Positions 1 to 12,730 are shown, counted from the first letter of the whole stretch. The stretch is 63,867 bases of DNA, filler included, from Folioceros fuciformis (GCA_049999805.1; 17 parts of 17 records of this genome joined end to end with filler, not necessarily neighbours in it), one strand, 5' to 3'. The notes: a model not told the origin generated them from the sequence alone. Made by a program: numbers and translations.

Positions 1-8
1 GAAGAGAG

Positions 9-344
9 CTAGTTATGCATGACAATTGACCACATGACATTTACATGGTATTCATTTGTAAGGTCAAAAAACTTACATCTATCAAACCTTCCATGCCCAC
101 TTGTCTCGTTCTCTGTTTTGTCCTTCCTGTAATCCTTCATAAGGCTCTTGTGCTTCAGACGACATGTCTCAGAATCCTTGTCGAAATCTGTGCAGACCGT
201 ACACAATGCCGTGTGCAACTTGTTCCACACGTTGATACCTTGCTTGGGTGCTTTGTTGAAATCCTCCTCCATACAAACCCTAAGATGGATCAAGTGCATG
301 GTATGGTGTTCAGTCCATTGTGAACCCCTTCCACGACGTGTCCT
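9..344 (-). pseudogene. Trihelix / Myb-SANT-like DNA-binding domain relic (Harbinger ORF1-like or GT-factor-like)
   Basis: Reads RRGRGSQWTEHHTMHLIHLR..EEDF..NVWNKLHTAL..KDSETCRLKHKSLMKDYRKDKTENETSGHGRFDRCKFFD, a typical trihelix pattern. There is an in-frame TAA just upstream and an early stop. Confidence 0.6.
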
Positions 345-419
345 TTAAACCTAATCATCCCCCTCTAGTTCCAAGTGTTTTTTGCTAAGGATCTAGGCCT
401 TTATAGAGAGGTCATACAA

Positions 420-750
420 TGTTCCCACACAATATAGGACATAATTGTGCTATGCACACTTCTACAACAAGATGGCACACAAGCCTACACAAAAGTATGC
501 AGTACCCCTGGGTAGGCTAAGCCTTTATAAGCTCCTAAACCTTCCATGCTATTGGTCCTTGATTTGCCCCCTTCCCTTGTGGGCTTGACTTTGGCTTGCC
601 TCTTCAAGAAGATGCTCCTTTGTCTTCATCTGAAAGATGCTTCCTAGTCCTTATTTAGAAAACTCATTTTTAGGGCACCTTTCATATAAACTACTTTAGG
701 GCACTCTACATTAACTTATTTTGATATGTTGTAATAAACCACTTCTAACA
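420..750 (-). repeat. 3' LTR of Copia element (~331 bp)
   Basis: On the minus strand it starts TGTTAG right after the PPT, ends GGGAACA (TGTT..AACA termini) and has an internal TATAAA. Confidence 0.6.
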
Positions 751-761
751 CTCCCACTCAA
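751..761 (-). other. Polypurine tract (PPT) of Copia element
   Basis: TTGAGTGGGAG lies between the RNase H stop and the LTR TG. Confidence 0.65.
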
Positions 762-771
762 CAAGTCAAAA

Positions 772-1870
772 TTAGTCCTTCAAGCCAAGCATCTTGCTAA
801 ACCTAGCATGCTTATCAAGATTCAACCCTTTAGTCAAAATATCAGCTAGCATATCTTCTATTGGACAATACTCTAGCTTTACCTTCTTTGATTTCACCTT
901 CTCCCTAATGAAGTGATGTTTCACCTCAATGTGCTTCGTCCTTTCATGAAATGTAGCATTCTTGACTAAGAAGATACAACCTTGATTGTCGTTGAAGATT
1001 TTTGTCGCCTCACTTTGCTTCTACCTTTGCCCTCTCTTTCTCGGTTGTAAGACTCATCTCCTTTGACAGCTTCTCATTCAACACCATTGGTGTCTTCACT
1101 GGCTTGCAGTCTTACATTCCAAAGCGCTTAAGAACATTCTCAATATATGTCCTTTGACTCAAAGAGATCATCTTGTTAGGTCTATCCCTCATTACCTTTA
1201 TCCCTAACTATCATTAAGACTCTTCTTTGTATTCTTCAAGAGTTCCAAATCATTGCAAACTAAAAGGAGATCATCAATATAGACGGCAATGATCATTATG
1301 GACTCTCCTACTCTCTTCACATAGATGTTCCAATCTCCATTCGATTTTTGGAAACCTCCAGCCAAGAAGAACTCATCAATCTTCACATACCAGGTAAGTG
1401 CAGATTGCTTAAGGCTATAAATTCCCTTTTGCAATTTACATACCTTATCTTCTCGACTTGGTACATCATACCTTTCTGGCTGATTCATGTAGATTTCTTC
1501 TTCCAAATCTCCATTGAGAAACACCATTTGAACATCCATGTGATGCATCTCCATATCCATGCTAGCAGCTATCACTAAGAGTACACAAATGAATGTTATC
1601 TTGGCAACATGGGAGAAAGTGTCGGTGTAATCAATACCTAGCACTTGTGTATATCCCTTCTCAACCATCCTTGCCTTGTAACGCTCTATGCTCCCGTCAG
1701 CGTTGTGCTTGATCTTGAACACCCATTTCAATCCTATGCACTTCCTTCCTTGAAAAAGAGGAGTGATCTTCCAAGTCTTGTTCTTCATGAGTGAGTTATA
1801 CTCAATATTCAAAGCTCCTTTCCACTCCTTCGCCTTTGGTCCTTCACCAAAGGTGTCTTGTAAGGTCTTC
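772..1870 (-). mobile_element. Ty1/Copia RT and RNase H, internally deleted
   Basis: Motifs KWVFKIKHNADGSIERYKARMV, MDVQMVFLNGDLEEEIYM, YIDDLL; RNase H end HERTKHIEVKHHFIRE..ADILTKGL. Deletions near 1204 and 1020. Confidence 0.9.
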
Positions 1871-1894
1871 CCTTGTGACTTTCCCTTCCTTGAA

Positions 1895-2445
1895 AAGAGT
1901 ATCGAGATGTTCCAGACTTTCAAGGACTGGAACACTTCAGTTAAGATCGAACGTGGTGAACGCCTTAAGATGCTTAGGAGTGATAATGGAAGGGAATATG
2001 TTTCTTCTCAGTTCCAGGTTTTCTGTAAGGAGAATGGCATTCAACATCAACTCACGATTCCGCACACTCTGCAGCAAAATGGAGTTGCAGAGCGGAAGAT
2101 ACGGAGCCTTGTGGAAGCAGCCAAGTGCATGTTGTTTCTCAGTGGCTTGCAGGTCAATTTTTGAGGAGAGGCTGTCGTGATAGCAACCCATGTGTTGAAC
2201 AAAGTTCCGAAAAAGGCCATACCCGATATGACACCAGAGGAAGCATGGTTTGGTATCAAACCCGATGTCTAACATTTGAAGGTTTTTGGTTCCGTGGTCT
2301 ATGTTTGTGTTTTGAAGGCGAGTCGAACCAAATGGGATCCTAATGGTATGAAGTGTCTCATGCTTGGCTATTCCGATGCGATGAAAGGTTATCGGTTATA
2401 CAATCTTACTATGAAGAAGGTCATTTTCAGTAGGGATGTTTTTCA
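1895..2445 (+). mobile_element. Ty1/Copia integrase core, degenerate
   Basis: LRSDNGREY, QQNGVAERKIRSLVE, F*GEAV, HLKVFGS, LGYS..KGYRLY, IFSRDVF. Confidence 0.9.
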
Positions 2446-2526
2446 AGAGGTTGCCAAGGCTACAACTGAAGTGGGAGCTTCATCTCCTCCCTTGCTGGCT
2501 CCCTCCGGGTCTGCCGAAGACTATGG

Positions 2527-2626
2527 NNNNNNNNNNNNNNNNNNNNNNNNNNNNNNNNNNNNNNNNNNNNTTAATTAATTAANNNNNNNNNNNNNNNNNN
2601 NNNNNNNNNNNNNNNNNNNNNNNNNN
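2527..2626. other. Artificial assembly spacer (first of 16; others start at 7424, 9433, 12302, 13720, 16983, 21158, 23809, 25844, 28573, 31385, 43046, 44156, 49194, 53806, 62712)
   Basis: Each is N44 + TTAATTAATTAA (stops in all six frames) + N44, 100 bp in total. Confidence 0.97.
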
Positions 2627-5600
2627 TAGGAAGGGGAAGAAGAAGAGGGAGTCATCCTCCTCGGATGAAGATCCCTCCGAGGAGAGCAATTTTTCAGAAG
2701 AATCAGCAGTGGGGACCTTTTCATCTTCAGTGGAGGACAGCATGGAGGAGAGTCCTTGGAGGACGAGGCTGCCAAGAAAAGAAGGAAGAAGAAGGAGCAA
2801 GAGGTGGCTAGGAGGAAAAAGGAGGCAAAGAAGGTCAAGGATCTAGCCAAGGCCAAGCAAGAGGTGGCTAGTGCCAAGAGGGAGGTGGAGCAGGTCAAGA
2901 AAGAGGCTGAGGCTGTAGCCAAGAAGGTGGAGCAGCAGGAGTCCAAGATGGAGGAGGTGATGAGCAAGTTTGAGAAGTTTCATCTCCATGCTGTCAAGGA
3001 ACATGAGAGGAGGAGGGCTGCAACTAGTGGAAAGGCTAATTTGTTTTGCTCCACTTGTGGTGAGCAAGGCCACACCAAGGCCCATTGTCAAGGGGCCAAG
3101 GTGCACTTGCTGACCTATGAGGGGGAGGAAGAGGAGTGGCCGGTGGAGAAATCCTACCAAATTCAAGAGTTTTCCCAAGGGCAGCAATATCCCAAGACAA
3201 CCCATCCTTCCATTCTGTGAAAATCCCATGGGCATGGGTGGTCGCAACAACCAGGTGGGGAGGGTTGCTAGTCAAACAGCGGAGGTTGTCCAATGCTACA
3301 ATTGCCGTGGCTTTGGACATTATGCCAATAGCTATCCATCAGCAACCAGGCAAGCCAATGGGGATTATGATAGGTTGTGCCAAGACTGCAAACAACAAGG
3401 TCATGTGGCGGGCAGCGTGCTTTGCTTGAACCCTAGGAAGAGCGTGCGGATTGTCCCACCAGCGGTGACGGGGGTGCAGCAAGCAACAAGGGGTTGCAAC
3501 AGCCATGCATGTGGAGGATGCTCTCATGGTTGTTTGGGAGGAGGCTGAGGCTAAGGTGCTTAGGGGATTAGAAGGCCTGGACACCACAAAGGGGGGTTAC
3601 TATGGGTAGGCTGCAGCTATGGCAATATGCACCCGTAGTGGAAGGAAGAGAGGAAAGGAACGGAGTGCTAAGAAGAGAAGGAAGGAAGCTGAATCCACTA
3701 CAGGATCAGAGGAGGAAGAGAAGAGGACTCCAAACATGGAAGAGTCAGGCCATGAGGATGGAGACAAGGGGGGACAGACCTCCGAGAAGGAAAAATCAGG
3801 GACTGAAAAGGAAGTAGCTCCAACAAAGGAAGGAAGTGGCCTTCAAACCAAGACAAAGGAGGGCAGGATTTGCTTAAGTTGGAGCCGGGACACCTATTTT
3901 GGTGAGACCCCTACGGAGACAAAGGGGTATATGTCCGTAGGAGACACATCTGATTTGTAGGAGGGGGAAGGGGAAGACAAGTTCCCCTTTGCACACATCT
4001 AATGGTCAGATGAAGAGGGGAACTACCGAAGGGACATTCCTTATTCCCTGAACCGGGTGGAGTGTTTTGGACTCTCCCTGGACTGCACCACGGTAGGGGC
4101 TGAAGGAGCAACCGTGGATGAGCAGGTTGTTGAGGTCGCTGAAGGGAAGGTCCAGGAGGGGGTTCACGTGCCAAAGAGGGTGTGAAAGAAGGGGAGCTGA
4201 TTGAAGGAGGCCGTGACCCAAGGTCTGGTGGGTCTGGTGGTGATGATCCGGAGGTCACTAAGCTCACCTCCAAGGACCTATTCAAAGAATGGGGAATGAG
4301 GGAGGAAGATCCCCAAGAGCAGGAAGAGGGATTTGGAGTAAGCTCATCACCGGTGGAACGTGAGTGGGTGCAAGCTGATGAAATGAAGGATGTGGAGGTG
4401 CTACCGGGCAAGGTGCTGAAGTTTGCAAAATGGCTGGATGCCACATTGGAGGAGGGCATAAAGCAACTTCTGGCTGAGTTCATCGATGTGTTTGCCTTTG
4501 AAGTGACGGACATGAAGGGAATTCCTAAGGAGTGGGGGGAGCACAAGATTGACTTGGAGCCAGGAGCTATCCCTATCCGAATTCCACAATACAAGGTAAA
4601 TCCAAAGTACTCTATGAAGGTAAAGGAGCAGCTGGAGCTGTACTTGAAGGCAGATGTGATTTTTCCCATTGTGAACTCGGAGTGGGTGGCTCCAATTGTG
4701 GTGGTGCCCAAGAAATAGCCTGGTAAGATTTGGGTGTGCCAAGAGGAGGAGGCTGAACAAGGCTACCAAGAAGGACCATTTTCCCTTGCCATTCATTGAC
4801 AACATTCTAGATTTGGTGGCTAGTCAAATGATGTACTCTTTAATGGATGGCTACTCCGGTTACAATCAACTATCCCTAAGGGAGAGTGACTGGCCATTGA
4901 CAACCTTCACAACTGATTGGGGAACATTTGCCTACAAGAGGAGTGCATTTGGGCTGATGGGAGCACCAGGGTCTTTTATGCACAGCGTGTACAAGATCTT
5001 CAAGGATTTCCTCCACAAGTTCCTGGAGGTGTTCATAGATGACTTCTGCGTGTCTGGGGGAGTGAAGCACCATCTGGAACACCTAAGGCTATGCTTGGCC
5101 AAGTGTTGTGAGACGTAGCTTTGTTTGCATCCGGAGAAGTGTTATTTTGGCATGGCTGAAGGGATCTTGCTAGGTCATAGAATTTCAGCATGAGGCATTA
5201 AAGTTGACATGGATAAGGTGAAGGTGATTGCTGCTTTGAGGGCCCCAACCACACTTAAGGAGCTACATGGTTTTCTTGGCATGGTGGGGTACTACCGCCG
5301 TTTTGTGCCCAACTTTGCTAGACAGGCTGCTCCTTTGATAGGCCTATTGAGGAAGGAGCAACCGAGGGAATGGACAGCGGAGAGGGAGACTGTGTTTCAG
5401 GACTTGAGGACCACCCTTGTGACAGCCCCAACCCTCAAGGGGCCTGATTGGGACAGGAAGTTTCATGTGTACGTGGATGTGTCTTCATTTGCCATTGAGA
5501 TAGTCCTAAGCCAGCGGGATGAAAAGGGGAGGGACTACCCAATCTACTATGTGGGATGCTAATTCACGGAGGCTGAGCTCAAGTACGCCACAACCGAGAG

Positions 5601-7423
5601 GGAGGCACTTGGCATGGTTTACTCATGTCGTAAATTTCGTCATTATCTTCTATGAGTTTATCTTCCATGTTGATCATTTTGCTCTCAAGCACCTGGTCAA
5701 CAAGGTAGATCTATCGAGCCCGATAGCCCGCTGGATTTTGCTCCTACAGGAGTTCACATTCACCGTGGAAACAAGAGAAAGGGCGCAAACATTTGAATGC
5801 TGATTTTCTGTCAAGGCTGAAGACAGAGAAAGTGGTTCAGGACCAGGAAGATGACTTTCCGGATGAGGCCTTTTCAGCAGAGCTAGTTGGGAAAGAAAGG
5901 GCCAAACCAAATGCTAGGCTGCTAAGAGATGGAGGTGCGGCGCCGAATGAGAAGGGGAGAAAGGGGTTCCGTAAACCGTCTTACCAAGAGGTATCTGATT
6001 TTTTAGGCATGGGGGAATTTCTAGTTGATCACTCACGGCAGCAGCAACGGCTGTTCCTTTATTTCACAAGACTGGTCGTTAGGCACAAGGGCAAGCTATA
6101 TCGCATAGGAGGTGATGGAGTGGAGCGTTTGTGGGTCAACCATGACTAGGTGGAGCAAGTTATCAGCTCCTTACATGAGGGAGAGGCTAGAGTCCATCAT
6201 GCAGCCCATGTAACTTGCAGAAAAATTCTGGCAACAGGGTATTGGTGGCCAACAATGCATGCTGATGCTAGGGAATTCATCAAGAGGTGATGCGTGCCAA
6301 AGGGTGGGGAAGCCTACCAAGACAACACAATGGCCATTGGTCCCCATCCTAGCCCTAGCACCATTTGAGAAGTGGGGGATTGATTTCGTAGGACCAATTC
6401 AGCCCAAGTCCAAGGGGAGGCAGAACCAATACATCTTGGTAGCAACCGACTACTGCACACGCATGGTGGAGGCTCAAGCTTTGCCCGTGGACACAGCAAA
6501 TGTGGTGGCCAGATTTTTGTTTGAGCTGATCATCACAAGGTATGGATGTCCGTTAGAGCTGGTAAGTGATAGGGGCACTCACTTCATCAATGAAGTGGTC
6601 AAGCACATGACTGAATATTTCAGCTCGGGTTTCAGCAGAAGACCACTCCTTACAACCCCAAGGCCAATGGGCTCACGGAGAAGGCTAATGGGTTGTTATG
6701 CAAGATTCTCAGCAAACTAACCGTCACATATGCTCATGACTAGGATAGGAAGCTTCATTCAGCCTTGTGGGCATATAGGACTGCGGAGAAGGTCACCACC
6801 CAACAGACCCCTTATTATCTCACCTATGGACACTCACCAGTCATGCCAATTGAATTCGAGGTACCTACCTTGAGAATGCTGGAGAGGCTAACCAGTTTTG
6901 TGCAACATGATAAGGACAAAGAACGGGCCTTGGCTGTTTTTCTTGATGTCCAGGAGAGAAGGAAGAAATGGCATGACTAGAAGTTGCGTAAACAGGAATA
7001 TGTCATCCCCTAGAGATTTGGCCTTATTATACAACAATAGGTACATGCACTTTCCAGGGAAGCTGTACTTGAGGTGGATGGGGCCTTACAAGGTGTTGGA
7101 AGTGTATGAGAATGGATCCATCCAACTGCAGCACCTCAATGGCCCTAACTTGCCGACCAGAGTCAATGGCTAGCAGGTGAAGAAATATTATCAGTAGTTG
7201 GCGGGGACATCAACAAATGAGAAGGGGAGTAAGTGGAGACCACATGGTAGATAGATCTCCTAGAAAAAATGTAGTATTTTGTTTTTTTTGAGTTTTGATT
7301 GAATTCCTTGGAAAGGCAATTAGAAAACTAGGTTAGATAGGACTAGATTAAATAGGCTAATCAGGAGATAATGGTGTTGGAGTTCAGAAAGTGAATAGTC
7401 ATTTAGCTAACCCGTGGCCGTGG
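2627..7423 (+). mobile_element. Ty3/Gypsy non-chromovirus (Athila/Tat-like) gag-pol, degenerate
   Basis: Zinc knuckles at ~3047-3425. RT KDHFPLPFIDNIL, DGYSGYNQ, FIDDF; RNase H FHVYVDVS, YATTEREAL; integrase PFEKWGIDFVGP, LVSDRGTHF, WMGPYKV. Domain order RT-RH-INT, with many stops and frameshifts. Confidence 0.92.
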
Positions 7424-9532
7424 NNNNNNNNNNNNNNNNNNNNNNNNNNNNNNNNNNNNNNNNNNNNTTAATTAATTAANNNNNNNNNNNNNNNNNNNNN
7501 NNNNNNNNNNNNNNNNNNNNNNNGCCATGGGGTTCGGGGCTCTGGCCCCGCGCGCAACACACGGCGCTTTTAGCGGATCGGAAGCTCATCTAGAATGCCG
7601 CAGGTGTCTCCCTTCTCCTGTGGTCTCGCGAGTTTGGGCATTACCAATTGAATCTTGTCAAGGTGTGGAAGAGAGGGAAAGCAGCCCCGACGGGGCTACC
7701 TTGAACTGAGAGGCGGCACAAAGCCACTTCTCGAAACCCAAACTACACACATACAGTTTGTGACGCTTGTTAAGAACTGTCGGGGAATCGAACCTGGACA
7801 GTAGTAGAGCCCCCTCTTACTATACAAAGATGGCTAGCAATTTTGTACACGAAGTGATGGACGAGGCCTCATCTCCTTGTCTTGAAAGGAGCGTCTTAGC
7901 TCTAGATTCTTGCTCCTTACTCTATTCTTCTAAGAAATGGTGACCTTTTCTTAGAGACGTGTGTGCTAAGTTTGAGATTCCTTCTCGTTGTGCGCATACA
8001 TCTAAGCACCGGAGCAATGTGAGCGCTGTTGTCCAAGCACTTGAGAACCAAGTTATTGATGACGTACTGAGGAACTTTAAGGTGCCATCATCACTCGTTT
8101 TTGGTTCGCAGTGGTTTGCTCATGTCACCAGGCTTACAGTACTGGGTTTTCGCATACACTGGAACACGGCACGTGCAAGTGGTCTTACTTGTAGTAACTC
8201 ATGGTCACATGGGCGACTTGGTAAGGACGAGTGATCACATGGTCGACTTCTGGTTACCTGTAACTCGTGATTACACGTTAAGAGCGGTTTTGTCGAAAAG
8301 CCCATGTCATGTCCAAGACCAATTTAACGATGCAATGCTCCAACTTGAGAACCCTTGCTTGGCCTTGCAACATGTGCTGATCCACGTTGTCTACTGTAGG
8401 AAGAAGACGACCCTCCACCCATAAAATAGCTCCATTTGTGGGAACATGCTTGCCCACAGTCTACTTACCATCTCAAATGCGCAAGTTCCTAGACTCGTAC
8501 CGGTGTGGGAATGCTACCCGATCGTTCAAAACTTGCGGGAAATTCTATGCTAGAAGTCGTCAAGGCCACACCACTGGGTGGTGTAGTCGCCAAAAGCACC
8601 TCTTCTTTAGTACTGAAGCTTGTGATATGCGGCATATCATAAGCTTTGGTTCCTAAAGCGGCCGTGCTTTTGGGCTATGACTAGCAAGCAGTCGTGGCTG
8701 GGGGCAACCAATCATTCTAGAAGCATGCCACAAGGATCCCACAAACATCTTGCTCATGTCTCGCGGCATGCCGCAACGGCATCCTGCTCGCACGTACACC
8801 TTTGTTTCAGCGGAATGCACATCTTGATGTCGATTATGTAAGGCAAAATCTCAAATTTAAGAATTCTGGAAATCGCAAGAGTTAACGTTCACTGGACTCC
8901 GTGAGCTCAGATGGGTGCTCAAAAACTCAACAAAAGACAGATTGTGTATATAAAAGAGACTGTGTATATGAACTTTCACATTCACCTATGCGTCCCATCC
9001 GGATGGGTGAATTCGTTAGATGACAGGTCGGATCATGTCGACCAACGGAAATGACAACTACTTTATTGCAAAATACCAAGACACACCATGGGCCGCAAAA
9101 TTGTTGATGTTCCATTTGGTTCTAAGTGAAGCTTGTCTCCTCTCATAGTAGATGAAGCGTGGCTCGGGAAGGTGAAACAGGGGTTGCCCATTAGACAGTC
9201 TCCCCATATCACAAGGAAAACTAATGCATCCCCTCCACCAAAGTCTCCGTCAAAGAATACTTTATTTCCTGGGAAAGCATGTCTGCAATTCTGCTGCTTA
9301 CCACTGCCCAATAGGCCATCACACAAACCTTCATGTTCCCCGCTGTCTGCAAGTTAGAGTCCACACGATTGTGTCATGACATGGCCACAACCATAGAATA
9401 GAATTGTCACTAGCTATTCTCTTGTTGCGACGNNNNNNNNNNNNNNNNNNNNNNNNNNNNNNNNNNNNNNNNNNNNTTAATTAATTAANNNNNNNNNNNN
9501 NNNNNNNNNNNNNNNNNNNNNNNNNNNNNNNN

Positions 9533-9612
9533 CTATATAAAGGCTTGTACTTTACTCTTTAATTCATTGCATTCTATCTTTTGCATCTAAGAGCAAGGCG
9601 TGATTTTCATCA
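9533..9612 (+). repeat. 3' end of a Copia 5' LTR
   Basis: Contains TATATAAA and ends ..CATCA immediately before the PBS. Confidence 0.6.
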
Positions 9613-9624
9613 TGGTATCAAAGC
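9613..9624 (+). other. Primer-binding site (tRNA-iMet type)
   Basis: TGGTATCAAAGC, one mismatch from TGGTATCAGAGC. Confidence 0.75.
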
Positions 9625-10466
9625 ATCTTGCTCTCCACTATGCGTGTGCAGCTTCAAGCATCTAAGGAGCTTATCTAGGAGGCACTTTTCCATCTAGCAC
9701 CTTGCTAGATAGATTGTGTTCATTCTAGAATTGCTGCTCTTTTATGTTTTCTTCTCATGCGAATATATCTTTTCTTATAATGCTTTTATGCACTAATTCC
9801 TTGTCCCCCCCTCCATGGAAGTGTATTCCCTTAGTAGAAGGAGGCCTAGAATAAAGAAAAGAGATTGCCCTGCAAGACAACAAGAACAATTTAGGAGCAA
9901 GAACATTAGAAGTAATAGAAGTTCACACATCATAGTAGGAGAGATTGATGAAACCTCTTCCTACATAGCTAACTTCATTGCATCTATTCTAATTTGTAAA
10001 CCAGATTAAGGGAAGTTGATTGAGCTAGCTAGATGTGATTTGCTAGAAGTTCTTAGCCCTATTCACGTCAAAGCATTAGAGCTAGCAATCTAACATATCC
10101 CGAATTTGAGAGCTGGTACTAACACTCCTACTTCTTATAGTCTACAAGGCCAAGAATTAGAAACTCATAAAATTGACGACCTAGATAGACAACAATCATC
10201 TCTTAGAATCCAACATCTTGATCTCAAGGGAGAGCTAATTGAACTAAGGACAAAGATGTCCAGTCTTTCTAAGTTTATAGATGTGCAGGAATTTGCAAGC
10301 AGGTCGTCATCTCCTAATGCAAGTTATTACCCAAGGGAGGAGTTTTGAGCATGCAATAGTGAAGATGAAAAGCTGTACCGCCGAGTCTTAGTCCTCTAGA
10401 TTGCCTTCTATGACTGGAGTATTTAACGATGAAGAAGAAGTTTCAGCGTCACCAAACACACCCAGT

Positions 10467-11328
10467 ATGGATCCTCCTAGAAATACTAATCATACTTTGA
10501 TTAATCATTATGGTGATAGCTTTAAAGAGAAGGACACGTTCAATGGAAAGAATTATTATGTTTGGGCTATATGAATGAAAGGAGCCCTACGACAATGAGA
10601 TCTCTGGGAAATAGTTGAAGGAAGACTCCCCAGAACCATTGAAGGTTTTGATGCACACCTTCAAACTTCCTAGGACGCCAGGGACGAGAAGGCGCAAGAC
10701 CTTATTATCAGTGGACTTTCGGTGCAGATGGTGATACAAGTAGATCATGCAAAGACCTCCCATGACATTTGGACTCACCTTGCTCAACTCTACTTCTCAA
10801 TGGATGTTATGAGTATCGTTGCCGCCTCCCGTAATTTCCGCAATCTTCAAATGAAGGAGTCTGATTCCATTGAACACCATATAAGTGCTTTTCAACTGGC
10901 GAAATCTTAACTTGAAGCTGCAAGTGGCATCCTTGTCCATGAGTTGGAAGCATATGTTATCCTTCTATCTTCTTTGCTGCCGTCATATAGGGCTTTTGTC
11001 ACAACTCAAAATGCTGTTTTGCGTAATGCAAGAAGGGAGGCAGAAGAGAATCCAGAAGCAAACATTAAGTTCAGCATTGCCAAACTAATAGGAGCATTGA
11101 TGCAAGAGGAATCAAGTTGGTGACACTCCAGAACCAATAAGCAACAGGTGATGTTCACTGGAAGGGGTAACAGAAGAGGACGAGGCAGAGACCGAGGTTT
11201 GACTTCCCAACGACCCCAGAGTTCCAATAACAACTCTCGGAGATGAGAGACGACTTCTTCAATACTTGCAAGAGGTACTAAGAAGAAAGGCATCATTTGT
11301 AATTGGTGCAGGATCCCAAATCACATGG
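10467..11328 (+). mobile_element. Copia gag, degenerate and interrupted in its zinc knuckle
   Basis: FNGKNYYVWAI*MKGAL..DLWEIVEG, LQMKESDSIEHHI, ILLSSLLPSY, CNWCRIPNH, then an abrupt switch to TGTGG. Confidence 0.8.
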
Positions 11329-12301
11329 TGTGGAGTGATTTCTTGCACCCAAGAACCAACAAAGGAACACACTTTCCCTTATTGTCGTTGCAGTCTTATG
11401 ATTCGCTCCCAAGAGAGTGAACTAGTGCCAATGATACCTACAATTGCCTACACTCACTTCTACCTATCAGCCGGTCTCTAGGCCTGACTGCACTCCAGCA
11501 AAAAGGTTAGAATCCTAGCCTATCTTTAGCTCAATCCACAAATCTCACGCTTCAGCACTTCAATCCTTCAGCCCTTCATGATCTCCACTTCATTCCATCA
11601 CTTCTTCACTTCAGTCATTCACCCTTCACTTCAGCTCACACTCCTGCACTCCAGCAGCTCACACTTCACGTCACTTCACTCCAACACTTCCCCACTTTGT
11701 TTCAGCTTACCCCTGGAATTTAGGACACAACAGCCTCGCTTCTTGCAGTCTTCAAGCACGGGTGTGGGAACTAGGACTGGATAGCCCTCCTGGCTCACAG
11801 CCCTGTCCCTTAACCTTAGCCAGCCTACAAAATGTTCAGCCATTGCGGATCCGGCCACACGGATCTCAGCAGTCTTGGGATCCACCACGTCCCCCTAGTG
11901 GCCAGGGGGATCAAGCCCTTGGTTCAGTCTCAAACCAGCTCAGCACTCTAGCTGGGAGTTTGCACACAAGGTTAAGGGAAATCACACTGTAGACCACCCC
12001 CTCCTCAATGGTGGGTCTGCCCTCTAATACTACCTAACCCTTCATCTCTGTCTACTAGGGTTAACCTGAATCAACCACCTGACCATCTCTCTCTGACCTA
12101 CGCCACACCTACACCTAGTTCTGACCTAAACCTAACCTAAGTGTGACCTAACCTAACCTTGGTCTGACTTAAACCTAACCTAGGTCTGACCTAACCTAAC
12201 CTAACTTAGGTCTGACCTAAACTAACCTAGGTCTGACCTAACCTAGAAGCCTAACTCTAACCTACCCCTACTCCTAATTGCCCGTTACCCCCTGACACCG
12301 T
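11329..12301. mobile_element. Probable LTR of another element inserted into the gag
   Basis: Starts TGTGG exactly where gag breaks. Non-coding, with CACTTCA and CCTAA simple repeats. Confidence 0.45.
12120..12265. repeat. Degenerate (CCTAA)n / GGTCTGACCTAA array
   Basis: Repeated cctaacctaa and ggtctgacctaa units. Confidence 0.8.
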
Positions 12302-12730
12302 NNNNNNNNNNNNNNNNNNNNNNNNNNNNNNNNNNNNNNNNNNNNTTAATTAATTAANNNNNNNNNNNNNNNNNNNNNNNNNNNNNNNNNNNNNNNNNNN
12401 NTAGGATCGACTCCAGTCTACGTGCAAGTGTAGGAGAGGAGAGGAGAGGAGAGAAGAGAGGGTGGTATTGGTGATCACAACCAAAAAACAATACACATCA
12501 CCACTGTCTTACTATGGAGGTCCGAGGTCTCCATTTAAGTAGTACATTTAGGGCTACACAACTTCCAGGTTCAATATGGGATAATCTACACTATCCTAAG
12601 TTCACTAATAACTAGAACTAGTCTAGTATGAACCCAACTGGGATAACTAACACCACATGAGTTTAGCTCATATAGAGCTCGATAACTCAACACGCAGCCA
12701 GGAGGAGGCAGGAGGACTGAAATCGAGTCC

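Noticed and set aside
2571-2582. Recurring palindrome TTAATTAATTAA (16 copies)
   Set aside because: Always centred in a 100-bp N block; an assembly linker, not biology.
3911-4711. 266-aa minus ORF
   Set aside because: Antisense shadow of Gypsy pol.
7775-7800. tRNA or SINE B-box (GGTTCGATTCCC on minus)
   Set aside because: The T-stem does not pair fully and no cloverleaf or A-box is evident.
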